Source: Narcine bancroftii
Taxonomy: Eukaryota
Assembly (NCBI RefSeq): GCF_036971445.1
Contig: NC_091478.1
Coordinates: forward strand, 89,652,001 to 89,716,000
Reading direction: 5' to 3'
Length of the DNA: 64,000 nt
Positions 47,400 to 60,994 of this stretch are shown piece after piece. The translations under genes and the position numbers were made by a program. Under the pieces are notes generated by a model. That model saw only the letters and a program-made list of their open reading frames with translations, did no database searches and was not told the DNA's origin. Every line of letters starts with the position of its first letter. The stretch's first letter is position 1.

Positions 47400-48957
47400 T
47401 TGGCAAGTCGGATGACCTGGCTTTGCTCCTTCTGCTTTCATAGAGCTTTCTTAAAGAGCAAGGCTCCAGAGATCAGAACCAGAAGGTGATTGTGAAAGGC
47501 AGAAGAACCATTGCAGGACTGCATTGAGTCAGTGGATTGGAGGGTGTTCGAGACCTCGGCGGAAAATCTGAATGATTACACCAGGGCCATTACAGGCATT
47601 ATCAAAACAGCTATGATCGAGTGTGTCCCCTCCAAATTGTTCAGGGTTTTCCCCAACCTAAAGCCCTGGATGAACAGAGAAATCCTGAATCTGCTGAGAG
47701 CCATATCACAATTATTTAAGTCTGGAGATCAAGAAAACTACACAAGGGGTAGGTACAACTTACAAAAAGCCATCTCATGGGTGAAGTGGAGATTCCAGAC
47801 GAGAATGGAAACAACAAAGGATATCTGACAGCTGTGGCAGGGCCTAAATGGCAAAGCCAAAACTGGTTCAGTAGGAAACTGCAAAGCTTCACTCCCAGAT
47901 GAACTCAACGCCTTCTACACCCAATTTGACCACCAGAACAAGGAAGAACCACTGCGTACCCTCATGTCCCCTGATGATCCTCTACTGTCAGTTTCTGAGG
48001 ATGATAATGTGGGCTGCCTTCAGGAGGATTAATCCGGTCCAGGCGGAGTACCCCACCAAGTACTGAAAACCTGTGCTGACCAATTTGCCAATGTATTCAC
48101 GAATACCTTCAACATCTCACTCTGACAGGGCATGGTCCACACCTGTTTCAAGCAGGTTTCAATCTTACCTGTCCCCAAGAAGAGTGTAGGATCCTTCCTA
48201 AATGATTACTGACCAGTGGCACTCACACTCATTGTGATGAAGTGTTTTGAGAGGCTGTTGTTGAAGCATTTAGCCGCTGTCTACAGCAGATGCCATCTCA
48301 CTGGCTTCACACAAAACCTTGGTAAACGAATGGACAGCAAAGACGCATGCATCAGGATGTTCTTCATCGACTACAGGTCGGTATTCAACACAATCATCCC
48401 CTCAAAACTGACCAGCAAACTACAAGACCTGGGCCTCAATACCCCACACTGTAATCAAATCCTGGATTTCATCACTTCTCCACAATCTCCATCAATACCA
48501 GAGCACCACAGGACTGCGTTCTTAGCCCCCTGCTCTACTCGGTATACACCTATAACAATGTGGCTCGGTACGACACCAACAACATTTACAAACTTGCTGA
48601 TGATGTCATGGTCATGGGTTTATAAAAAGGGGTGATGAGTCAATATACAGGAGGGAGATTGAAAACTTGGCTGAATGGTGCACCAATAACAACCTCGCAC
48701 TCAATGTCACCAAAACCAAGGTGTTGACTGTGGAGTTTAGGAAGGGAAAATCAGAGGTGTACAATCCAGTGATCATGGGGGATCAGAGGTTGAGAGGTGA
48801 GGACATTTAAATTCCTATGAGTCATTACCTTGGAGGACTTTTCTTGAACCCAACATCTAATGTCATCATGAAGTCAGCGCCTCGACTTTCTCGGGAGGTT
48901 TGGTATGACGTCGAAAAATCTTGGCAAACTTCTACAGATGCAAAGTGGGAAGTGTGT
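47400..48957 (+). mobile_element. Rex1/Babar LINE ORF remnant
   Basis: LQDCIESVDW, FPNLKPWM, SLPDELNAFY, VMKCFERL, FIDYRSVFNTIIP, KLADD. Confidence 0.88.
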
Positions 48958-50185
48958 GCGATGGCGGAGAAAGAGGACGTGTAATTCCACCTCTCCTCAG
49001 CTAAGCAATTAATACCTGAAATTTAAAGACCATTTAGTTTTTAAAATTACTTCTGCCAAAGTTTTAAAAAGTTTTTACAGTCATAATGAGAGGTTACAAG
49101 GTTCAAGTTACAAAAAATACACAATTTAAGAGAGCAGAAAGTGCTGAAGAATTGAGGCCTACCTCATCGAAGGATCCCCAGAGGTCGATTATGGAGCAGC
49201 TGAAGATCCAACAGACCACTCAGGCGAAGATTTCCATCACCCCGGTGCCTTTCTTGCGTTCTGTGGCGCAAGATGGCGCTAGTGTGGTAAGCCAGCCCTC
49301 GGAGAAGGGGGGGGGGCACAGTCGCAACTCCGATCGCATGCCCGGGGATGCGGGGCCTCACGGAGGCGAGGGCTCTGTTCCCGACCACGGTCGCGAGCAT
49401 GTCGGACACGCTACCGATGCAGGCAGAAGGCCTGCGCTACTGGGCCCTAACTGATCTGGGCATGCGTGAAGAGTCGCCCAGGCTGCCGGAACGTCTCACT
49501 CCCGACGGGCTGACAGAGTCAGCCCTGTTTGGGAGGGAGATCAGACCTGCAGTCGGGTAGCCTGTGCCGAGGTTGGTGGCCTTGGAATTGGAGGAAGAGG
49601 AAGATGAAGAATTAATTGAGGAGCCAGAAGATGAAGCAGCAGCAATATTGCGTGCTGCTAGAATTATTCAAGCTAGGCATCTAAAATCCAAAAGAGTTTC
49701 AAGAACTAAATCACCTTCTTTGCAAACTTTTCAAACTGTACAAGTGGAGGAGGATATTTTGTCTGTTTCTGAGGAGTTTATGCGTTGGATGAATACTGAG
49801 GCAACTCAAGTTATGCAGGGATTTAAAGAAAATAAGCTGAGAGGAGAGGTGTCATTAATTAAACAAGATGTAGCTAAATGTTTGAGAGCAGTTGATGTGG
49901 TGCAGGATAAATTTAAAGACATTAAATGGGTGTTTCGTGATTGTTCTGATACTGTGGATCAATATACTGAAAGAATGGACTATGTGGAACATTGTGTTAT
50001 GGAATGGAATGTTCAAAAATGAGAATTTCTGAAGAAAATTGACTCGCTGGAAAATCAAAGTAGACGTAATAATGTTAAGATAGTGGGTCTGCCAGAAGAT
50101 ATTGAAGGAACAGATCCAGTGAAGTTTTTTCAGAAATGGATACCAGAGATGTTGGGAAAAGATGCTTTTCCAACGTTGACGTTTT
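48958..50185 (+). mobile_element. L1-clade 5' fragment (5' UTR plus ORF1 up to the start of the RRM), 3'-truncated
   Basis: Starts gatggcgg. ORF1 from 49086 has one frameshift and two in-frame stops, a coiled coil, then LENQSRRNNVKIVGLPEDIEGTDPVKFFQKWIPEMLG at ~50047-50160. Confidence 0.88.
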
Positions 50186-50469
50186 TTTTTTAACTAGATT
50201 GCAAGGTTTTATCTGCTTCCTTCCTGAAATCAGAGTATTCGATCTGAAACATTGACTATATTTGTTTTTCCCCGGGTGCTGCTTGACCTGTAAGGCATTT
50301 TCCACATTTTCTGTTTTCAATTTAGATTTCTGTTTTATGCTGTGATTTTGATTTTCATTCTCAAACTTGTCCTCTCAATAAGTCATTCTGACAGAGAAGT
50401 GAAAAATGCAGAACAATAATTTTATGTTCCCTAATGTTAGTTCTCACATTAATTCTCTACTCTAATCCC

Positions 50470-51230
50470 CCATGCTCTCTTCACACTGCTACCATCAGGA
50501 AAGAGGTACAAGTGTCTGAGGACAAACACTCAATGGTACACAATGCATGTTTCTTCCCCTTGGCCATTGGATTTCTGAATGGGCAATAACCCATGCCTCA
50601 CGTTCCCTTATTTTTGAATTAATTTATTTATTTTAAAATGTAATTACTAGCAATATTTGCTAAAACAACGAATTTCGTGACATGTTCATGACAATAAATT
50701 TAGGTTCTGATTTTATTGTTTGCTGCTACGACCAAAGGAAGAATGTTCATTATTTTACAAATTGCTTTATCTTTTCGCACCCTCTAATTTCTTTCTGGAC
50801 ATATTCTACTTGCATATTCTTTATAACTTCCAGACATTATCCACTATTGAAAACATCTACAGAGAACGCTGCCGTTGGAGAGCAGCAGCAATCATCAATG
50901 ACCCACACCATCCAGCGCACTGCTTTCACTGCTAACATCAGAAAACGGGCATAGGTACCACAAGACTTGCACCATTAGGTTCAGGAACAGCTGCTACCAC
51001 TCCACCACTGGACTCCTCAACAACTAACTCAATCAGAGACTCATTACACACTCTTATTTTTGCACTTTATTGATTTTTTTTCTGTATTGCACAGACTATT
51101 TACATTTCTTTGTGTGTTTACATGTGTACATTTAGTAGTTTCTGGTGCATTACCAATAAGTGGTAATTCTGCCTCAACTGCAGGGTTGTACATGATATCA
51201 TGTATGTACTCTGACGATTAATCTGAAATT
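50470..51230 (+). mobile_element. Two Rex1/Babar 3'-end fragments (~50470-50710 and ~50830-51230)
   Basis: HALFTLLPSGKRY and IENIYRERCRWRAAAIINDPHHPAH; tails gaatttcgtgacatgttcatgacaataaa and gtggtaattctgcctc. Confidence 0.75.
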
Positions 51231-51389
51231 ACTTTAACTTCTCACCTTCTGATATCTTTCTGGCCCTATTGTACTTGCATATTCTTTGTACCTTCCTGAC
51301 ATGACCATAGAAGTTTAAACCAGACCAAAATTATTTCTTTATTCCAGTCTTTATTTTTCACATTTGTGCTGGAGTGAACCGCCTTGGGC

Positions 51390-51670
51390 AGTTCCTTGCG
51401 GTCAAGGATGATACATTTCCACTCTGGTTTTACAGTTTCTGAGGTGGCTGTGAGGGAAGTGTTGGATCTGTGATGTGGCAAGTCAGAGGTGATGGGGTGG
51501 CTGGATGGATATCATGCAAGATGGTCCACTTTTCTTGTTGATTACCCTGAGCAGCTTGGGAGATGGATGGGAAAGGTTTTGAGGGATACACATCAAATGT
51601 AGGCAAATGGAACTGGTTTGGATACATGGAGAAGTTGAGCTGAAGGGCCTGTTTCTGCAGTGTAGAACTT
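51390..51670 (+). mobile_element. CR1 3'-end fragment
   Basis: gatggatgggaaaggttttgagggata..gagctgaagggcctgtttctg. Confidence 0.55.
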
Positions 51671-51779
51671 CAACTCCCTATAACTGGAAGTTTAAAGATT
51701 GATGCCCTTTATAGAAGGCAGCAGATTTCAGAAACGTGCAGAGTTTAGGATCAAATCCCATAGAATTTTAGGCTGAAAT

Positions 51780-52359
51780 CACTGGACAACCAATATTTTA
51801 CTTCTTGATCACTTTTGGGTGTATTTTACAGATTTTGGGTTGCTAATCTTGAAAATCGACGTAATATTTTTCAATCATAGATATAATCTATTTTTTTGCG
51901 ATTCCCTGTCATATTTTAAATTCACTGCAAGCATACAACATTATGAAGAGCAACATGTCATTGAAAATTCATTTTCTGCATTTGACTTCTTCCCTGTTGG
52001 TCTTGGTGAAGTCAGTGATGAACACGGTGGACATTGTGACCATAGAAAACCGGTATCAGGGCAACTGGAAACCATCAGTACTGACTGACGATTATTGGAC
52101 ATTGATACGAGAGGCATCAGATGCTGAGTACAAATGAAAATCAGCGACAAATATTTAGGTCAGTTGTACTAACGCAATGTGTCAGCATCATTATGCAATT
52201 AAACATACTAAATTCAATAAACGTTAATGTTTCTCCAACTTTCTATGCGATACAGCAAATCCGAAATTATCTTTCTGTTCAGCTTTCAAGTTGTCTATCA
52301 TAATCCCCAATTTTGTTTTTCAGGAAGCAAACTTTTTGGAAAAAAAAGGTTGTCCAGTG
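51780..52359 (+). mobile_element. Chapaev3-like (CMC) DNA transposon, internally deleted derivative
   Basis: Perfect 12-bp TIRs cactggacaacc / ggttgtccagtg (CAC..GTG ends); frameshifted transposase C-terminus MSLKIHFLH / DFFPVGLGEVSDEHG / DIVTIENRYQGNWKPSVLTDDYWTL. Confidence 0.75.
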
Positions 52360-54099
52360 ATATTATCAAAATACAATGAAGCAGACTGAAAAATAACTAA
52401 GAAAAAATTACCAGGAGGAATTAAAACCCAAAGACAACTGTAAACTTACTCTGGTGTTTTGGGGAATTCAAACAATGTGTGACAACATGAGACTTTTACT
52501 GCGCTTCCACTCACAGATAATTCATCCAAACCTGATGCTCTCATTCCTTTTCTATAATGGAATTGGAAATAGAGCCATGGCCACATCGCGCGCATATGTG
52601 AAATAAAGTCCAATGTGCACAGTCGATGACTGCTCTTTTCAAAAAAATATTCCAGACAGTAATTTTCCCACACTATCAACGTTTTTGAAAGAGAAAACAA
52701 GAGGTTTTACATGCATTGATGAAAACGCAGCAGGGTAAATTAAAATGAAGGACAATTAAAAATGTTAATAGAAATGTTAAATGGTATAATCTCACTGGAG
52801 GCAAGTGGTTTCCAACTGCAATTGAATTCCTAATTAAAGCAATGACTGGTATTTATTGTGCAACATGGCTTATTTGTGTAGACTAGCTGCTGCTGTTATG
52901 GAAGCTGTGTCTGTTTCTCTGACAAAGCTCACAGTTTTATTGTACTATCACATTTTGAATTTAGTTTGTGAAATGCTCTTTCCACATTACTGCACATCCA
53001 GAAATATTCTCCGTTTTTCCATGTGTGTCCATGCAATTTGAATTTTACAAACTGGTCGCTTAGAACATATTAAAGGTTATTTTCCTTGATTTCTGACCTA
53101 GGTCAAGTCATGCAGAAATAAGCAAAGCAGCAAAGGGCTTCATATCGGCTGGATAAATAATGATTTATGACACTCTATAATGAATAGTGAATATATGTAA
53201 AACAAAATTATGTGAATTATTATTCTGATCATGTGCATTTTTTTAAACCAGATTGGTTTATCTTTGTCAAAGAAGATGAATTTGCTTAAATTGAAAGAGA
53301 GCATTGTTTACTTTTTTTCTAAAATGTGTTGCTTTTCCTTTATGTAGTGTCTTCTGTATGAATCCATACTGTAAGAATCCAATTACAGTTGCAGGTAATT
53401 ACACATCTGCAACTAAATAACTGATTCTCTGTTGAGAAGGGAAGTTAGTAATTGTGGGATGATCGCAATAACAGCAGTTGTAATAAACAACAAATCTTTC
53501 CAACGTATTTGCAATGTAAATTTGTTTTGATTTGTCAGTAAATAAAGGTTTGACCTTGAGGAGGTGGCATTTTGTATTAGTTTGGTTTTACACTCGATAA
53601 TTAACAGTCACGCAACAAAGATCTGAGACACATCACCTCATCTGCAAACGGATCTGATTCTGAAATCTCAGAGTATCTTGCTTTGGGGGGAAAAAAAAGC
53701 AAACTAATGTTGCTGCATCAGACACTGGCGACCTGACAGCTTTTTAAAATTTGAATGGCTTCTTGAAAACTCTCCTCTCTAATAAATGAAAATCATTTTT
53801 GTTGCTTGAATAAAATTGTCATAAGATGCTGTCATTCAAATTATTCCAAAAACCAGTGAAATTGAACCATCTGGCAAAGTCAGGAGACGAAGGGTGATGA
53901 GTGTCTTATGCAAAATATTCTTTAACAATTTGCCACTCTGCAATTTTTGGAACGTTGTAGGGAGTGGGTGGGAGAAATATGAATTTCAAAACCATTATTA
54001 CTGGTAATTCATGGAGCCACATCTTGGTTTGGGTGACATGACACATGACCTCAGTGCTGGAAATTGGGTTACTTAAGACCACAGGTTGAGTAAGTAATA

Positions 54100-54270
54100 A
54101 AAATGCCATGCTGGAGAAACTCAGCAGGTCAAACAATGCCAGGCATCTGCCTACATTTTGCTCGTATCTTGATGAATGGCTCTTTCTCTTTGCTACGTAA
54201 AGTACACTGTTGACCTGTATTGTGTTTTGTCTTCAACCATGGTGTCTACAGACTTTCATGTTTTACTTAG
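54100..54270. mobile_element. Penelope-like terminal repeat remnant (inverted pair)
   Basis: gctggagaaactcagcaggtcaaaca ... tgttgacctg ... gtctacagacttt. Confidence 0.6.
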
Positions 54271-55039
54271 AATAAATAAAATCTTGTTTTGGAGAATTTT
54301 CTTAAAAACATACTTGACTGAACAAAAAAACCTACTATAAAACAACACATCTATATATCATTAATATTCTGCAATCTCCAGTCATTTTGTACCAAGTTCT
54401 GACTCAGTTTAATATAACAATCTAAGACAGACAAATTCAATGCAACAAATTTGTACGGTGTTACAGAACTATAAACATAATCAAAAGCAATCTACAATTA
54501 TACCTTCAGCTCAGAGGTGGTTGGTGGATCATCCCATTGCTGTGCTGTCATTTCAGAAAATCTGCCATCAAATTGCACCAGAGCTGGTGCTAATTAGATA
54601 CACTCCCTTGGAGATGATCAGTTGCATTGCTAGAGTAACAGGCTGGTGCAGGAGGGAATATTACATAGTAAAGGGATGGGATTCATTCGTAGGTAACTTA
54701 GTATGAGCTGTATTTGTATCTAATTCATGACATAGTTGACCTGATTTGGTTGTAACTTGAAAGGTGAAAAGACACCGGAGCAGACCGCACTTTGGGCAAA
54801 ACTACGAGAGGGGGATTTCAACTTGGGCAGGCGCTGCTGAAGTCAGTATTTCAGATTCCAATGCAAGTTGTCAGGCTGGATTGTTTTGACAGACAGACCA
54901 ATTTAACAACAATTAAACACCCAAGCAAGTATCATAGGTAGAGCCTGCATCTGACATGGCAGCAGAAATGTACATCCAAGTTGGTACTGCCATGATACAT
55001 GGGGAAGATATCAGGACAGCAGCCCATATCATGTATGTG

Positions 55040-55560
55040 TTGACTGGAGGATGCAATTAGAAAGAAACATCTTTCGATTGTATTGCTTGCCCACAGGTTA
55101 GTGCACAGAGGGATGTCAGTGTGCTAGCTCGTCAAATATGCAAAGTGAACAAGGAAGACAAAAAAAACCAATTGAAATGGAAATAGTATGCTGGACAAAG
55201 TGGGAAGTTGGCATACAGAAGGAAATAAGCTTTGCTGCAACTGTACGAGCTTTTGTAAGACTACTTCAAGACTATTGTATGCTTCGTATTTTCACGAGAG
55301 AGTGACTGCTGGGTTGAGGGGAATTTCTGGAAGATGGCCAAACATTTTAAGTTTTCAAAACTAGGCTAAGAGAGGATCACAGGGGGACATGCAAAAGGAT
55401 GGACAGGGTAGGTATCAATAGATTCTGTTGTCATTGGAGAGGTGAGATGTAGAAGGGAGTATCATGTTGCCCATGCTGGACTGAGGTGAGGAGAAAATTC
55501 TTCCTCGGAGAATGGGAAATCTTTGTTAAGGGACATTTTGAATGTGGGAATGAACAGGAA
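55040..55560 (+). mobile_element. Very old CR1 3' remnant
   Basis: ctgcaactgtacgagcttttgtaagactac..gactattgt and gaggtgaggagaaaattcttc in CR1 order. Confidence 0.45.
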
Positions 55561-58500
55561 AGTGGATTTTAAGTAGAGGACTCTATCCCACAGTAAAATA
55601 GGCTTCAAATGTCTTCCTTATGGCTGGAGAACATTGGGTACATTGAATGCAGCAGGCAACTAGGAAATACTGTACTAAATACTGTACTAATTGTTCAAGG
55701 GAATATTAATCAGCTTGGTTTTAACGATGCTAACTTCTTTATGCCAACACCATTCCCACCTGTTATATAGCTAACATTTGACTGGAGATATTACAATCAG
55801 TGAATCATTTCTTTGTCATTTGTGTAATCATTGTTCAGCCTGTGTTACCATCAGGTGTTGTATCCACATTTAACACTATCAAAATTTAGCTCCATCTTGA
55901 AACAAGTTGAAAATGAATAAAAATTGGATTTTTATGCAGTTGCACCATGTACAAAGTGTACAACAGAGTCCTTCCATTGTATTAAATCCATTTGTTTCAT
56001 TCTCCCATTACAGCTATATTTGAAGCATTATGAGGATGATTTGATGGTTGCAGTCGCAATGGTAGATAATGAGGTAACTCACAAAGAAAACAAATTAAAC
56101 GTAATGTTATGAAACCTTTGCATTTGGAAAAGCTGAGAATTCTATGGTAAGTACTGTTCTAATCCAATAGCGTTCCCGTCCAGCATTCGGCTTAAGGGTT
56201 TGCTTTAATAGAGATCAGGGAGAAAGTCTGGGCACAGGTATACACACAGCATGCAAATATCCTAAGAGAACCAAGCACTCTTATTCTTATATTAAGTCAT
56301 ACACTGCAAATTCCCTTTGGGTTGTCACTTTGCTGCAGTCTATACCCACTGCATAACTGACTTCACTTCATATGCTTCTGACACCAGCAACTGTAACAAT
56401 GATGTCAAATCATACCTTGGTGTTAAAATCTCTTTACGTTTGTTTTTCTTGAAATAATTATTTATTTGAAAATGGTATGAGTTCTAATATACTTGTTAAA
56501 GTTCATCATTTTGATTATTTTAACAAGTTTAAATCATTGGAAATTTTAATCTTGCATATTTGGTAACTGCAATTTTTGAAATTTTGGTTCCAATGTTTTA
56601 AAGTAACATTTTAGGACAATGACATGTTCTATGTATTTTAAAAGCAAGTTATTGGAATAATGAAGCCCTCGTGGAATCATCAATCATGCCGTTAAGACAT
56701 AATTGCTGGTAAACCATAATAATGATGTTTTTATTATACAAAGGTTGCATTTGCGTGGATAATATTGTTTTTGCTTAAATTAATTCAATTAATGTCTGAC
56801 TAATACATTTTATATTACAATATTAGGCTTTTCAAATTCTATAAAGATGCATATTTTGATTAGGGATCAGATTCTGCCTTGTCTTTCCTGAGATTCTTTT
56901 AAAATGATCTACAGGGACACACTCTACAAACAGGGTTTCATCTCATAGTATTCCCAGGCTAGATCCAATGAACAGAGAGCAGTGTAGCTGTTAATAAGGG
57001 TATTCATCATGAGACTGACTATTTTTGGCGTTGTCTATGACAGTCTCAGTAACTTACAATTGTCCCTTGAATATGAACTTATCATTTAATTACGCACTGA
57101 GAGACTGCCTTCCATTTCAACCTGTAAGTTAGGTTAGTTAAGCTCACAGCAATTCTCCAGCCAATCAAACTGATTGGATCAGCCTCAGACAGCCATTGCT
57201 TTGCAACTTATGAAAAACCTCTTACCTCGTCCATTTTAATCTGCCCTATTGTAACATGATTATTTAAAACACTGGTAAATTATAGTTCTGCACATACTTT
57301 GGAGTATGATATATGCTACTGAACAATGAAGCACCAACAGTATTTTACCATTGGCACTAAAAATGCCTTCCTGGTTATCGCAAGTAAATAAATGTTCCTC
57401 AATAAAATAATTCCTTTGCAATATCATCAAGTTTGAAGAAGTTTATTGCAAACAGCTTGGCATTTCTTTAATTTGTTTGAGTGTGAGAATAACAAACCAA
57501 TTAAAAGCTCTAAATTTGGACGGGCAGGTCTTCTTGGTTCAGTCAAAAGTTATTTGCAGTTCACGTTACAAAACCTGTTTTTTTGCTTGACTGGTCATGG
57601 GGAGGATACTTAAAAATATCACAAAATGCAACTATAGTCAATGAACTTCCACGTGTTTTAATAAAATGAAAAGGAGAATTTAAGCAGTGGTGCTGAAGAG
57701 ACCATGTCTTACTTATTGCACCATAATATCAACAATTGCTGGAAAATATCGCTGCAAAAATAAAATTCAGTTCAACGTGATATTCTTCATGGTTAGAATG
57801 TTCCATTTGATCTCTGCTTACTGAAAAATGTCAAGTTATATTCTTTAACTTTTAATTTTAACAATTTAAATCAATAGAAAACAAAATATAAGCTAATCAG
57901 CCCCATATTTCAAGTGCTCCCATTCTATCGTCTCATGTCCAATTAACACTGTGCAGCTTTCTGTCATGTTACGCTGTGAGCTGTCTGACATTCAAGAAGA
58001 CATCATATTGAGGACAGATTTTTAAACGTACAAAGAACAACCATGTTATTACATATTGTAGCTAGGTTGCATATTTAGCAGTTACTTAAAAAATATAAGT
58101 ATGCCTATGTACAAATATACATGGAGAGTCAATAAGAGAGACCAAACCATGATATATAGGCTAAAGATGCTTATGTCTGCCTATATGCATCTATCTATAA
58201 TATTAAAACAATGAATCTATTCTTTAGACATTTCTGCTACCAACTAAATGGCAAACCATCTCATTAGTCTGCCCTAAACATTTTCAATAAAATATCACAC
58301 TGAGAGGAAAGAATTCAAACCATGTGTTGCTGTGAATGGAATATTCAGGAAAGTCACATCATTAGTTTGAGAGGCCACTTTTGATTTTAATATTGCTAAA
58401 TAATTACTTCAATGTGTGTTTGATCACAATCATAAAATTAAGTTGATCCAGTGAAAACACTGGAAATTAGGAAAATTAAAATGGGTCTTAATTCCATATG

Positions 58501-60994
58501 GACTGGGGGGGTGGGGGGGGAGTTAACCAAGAAAAATGTGGGGGAAGTACATGAAATCAAGGCTTCCTCTTTTAATTCTACTTTCTTGACTTCTCTTCTC
58601 TGTCAAAATAACCCTTCAAAAAAGTCTGATTGGGATCTGGCTCATCACATTGTCACCAACTCACTTTTCATTAGACTGTTACTCTCTGTTAGCCTAGCCA
58701 AGCAGAAGAACTCAAACACATGCGCAAATTAAATCGACATCCAAACTCCTCCAATATACAAAGCAATTTAAATGATATTCATTAGAGCGATGACAAGTCC
58801 TGATGAGGCTTTCAAGAGCTGAGTCCTTCAGCTTTTGCAGACTCCGTTTCATGACCACTGATGCGTAACCAAGGCGACTGTACCTTCAGAAAAGCTGACA
58901 ATTTTACTGTGCTTCCTGACACACCTTCCTCTTCTGCATTCAATACTTACCCATAGATTTAAAGCAAGCCCTTTGCACAGTCCAGACACTGCATGTTCCT
59001 GCCAGAATCTTCAGGCTTTAATATAAATGCCACTTAACTGTAACAATACTATGTACTTTTAAAATAGCACAGGACCAACTTCAAATCTTTGCCTTCCAGT
59101 ACAATGTTATAGATGACATATAGTTTAATTCGACTTAACATGGCTGTGCTATGAACCACTGAAAAGCATTTATCTTGTTTGCAATAAAATTTGAATCACT
59201 GGGAACTGTTCATTATTTTACAAATTTTCTCCAAAACCATGAGATCAACGTTTAACCGTTTTTTTCCAGATTTAATTGTAGTAATCAATGTCACTAAGCG
59301 CTTTAATAAAATAAGAAAAATATACCGTATAGTCAAGATGTACAAATAAATTGTAAAGGTGCTGGATTTGCAAAACCTTGTATCTGATTTTAACTTGTTT
59401 TTATCTTGATAAAGTACGCAGCAAGCAATCTGAGAATGTACAGAACTATTGTTTCTGGGGCCATTCTGATTAGCATTGCTTCAATTGCTTCAGCCAAGCA
59501 GCACACAAGACCACATTATTAAATAATAAAATGGCAATACTCAGTTGCAGTTCTTCCCCTCCACTTTCTTTCTAACGTGTGTGCACATGAAGAACAGAGC
59601 AGAATATATGTTGAATACGCACTGACAAGGTACTAATCATTCAATGCTTAGCCATCTCTTCACCCTCTCCCATTAATTGCAATTCAGGGCAGTGAAGTAT
59701 CACTTCTTTGAAGTGATGCTACTTCCGTACGATGACCCCTTCTGCAAATGTATTGAGCTTGTAGCTTCTGACAACGAGAGGGTAATCACACTTAATAGTT
59801 TAAATGTCATTTTAGCTGCAAATGCCCCTTTCTTCAGGGTCAGGCAAGTGGCTAGGGACAGAGCCTGAACCACAGTCCCAGGAGGGAGGACATTACTAGG
59901 ATTTTTAGTTAAACAGAATTATCCATACCAACATATCTCCCCAAGGAGATAATGGTCAGCATTCATATTGACTAATGCATAAGTGTTCTGCAAAAGTATG
60001 GTGCAATCAAATACCAGGCATTCCTTTTTAACCGTTTCTCATTCTTTGGAACCACTAGATTTTCGGAACTGAAAAAAATCTTTGATTAACTCCTTGATAC
60101 CAGTACAGAGTTTTCTGAACTCTAATTTGTCCAGAGTGAAAGACTGCCTCTAGAACAGTGTGGGTAATTGAATGTATATTGGCCTTTTAATCCATTGTTT
60201 TAAGATATCTCATATTTGTTACTGTTGTCAGACTGAATACCTAATTTATATAGTCAATCCCTAGACTGAGAAACTGTAACTTTAGGGGACACAATGAAAA
60301 TGAGAGTTGACGAATAAAGATGTATTCATGCAAAGACTGGGAATATTCTTGGAGCTCTCCCATATCACTACTGTTTGCCAGCCGTTTAATGAAAATCCCT
60401 TTATTTGTTTTGCCTTGTGCTGATTTGAAGTGTTTTACACTGCATTAATTAGCACATGATTTTGAAGATAAATATCCTTGACCTTGCAGAATCCAGCTGC
60501 TTTTGGCACTAGGTCATTTAGTTCCACCCTGAGAGCCCTTGACCTGTAACAGATATTGTTGTGTTTCCAGCCCCCTGCTGATCATTTGGTATAGATAACC
60601 TCCATCGCTGTGTAATAACTAGATAATAACAGATCATCAGGATTGTCAAATTGAGTTTCCTCATTGGTGAAAGCGGCTGTAAAGTTCACTTGAGCTGTGG
60701 GCATTCTGCTAATTGCATTAGCAATTTCTCTGCAACTGAAATGTTAGGATTTAAAAGCATTGAACAATTTTTGCTTTGAGTGCAGCTATTTTCATCTGTA
60801 AAAAGACTTCTGATTTTTTTTTTCTTCATATTTCCAAGCTGAAAAAAAAGACAATGTTGTGTGCTAATGTTTGCAGTGAACACAGAGTAGATAGATATGT
60901 AAACACACAGTCAGAAAAAGAAAGGCATGAACCAATAATCACCACTCAGATTGGCACGCTTCTTTCGAGCGCATGGTCTTCCTACTTTAGTTTT

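Noticed and set aside
58795-58835. Hammerhead-like CTGATGA-GGCT..AGCT
   Set aside because: Followed by GAGT instead of GAAA, with no stem III or cleavage triplet. The CTGATGA..GAAAC at ~14730 lacks stem II.
12400-60900. Numerous 60-135 aa ORFs in unique sequence
   Set aside because: Composition typical of random AT-rich DNA, many with non-ATG starts, and no recognisable domains.
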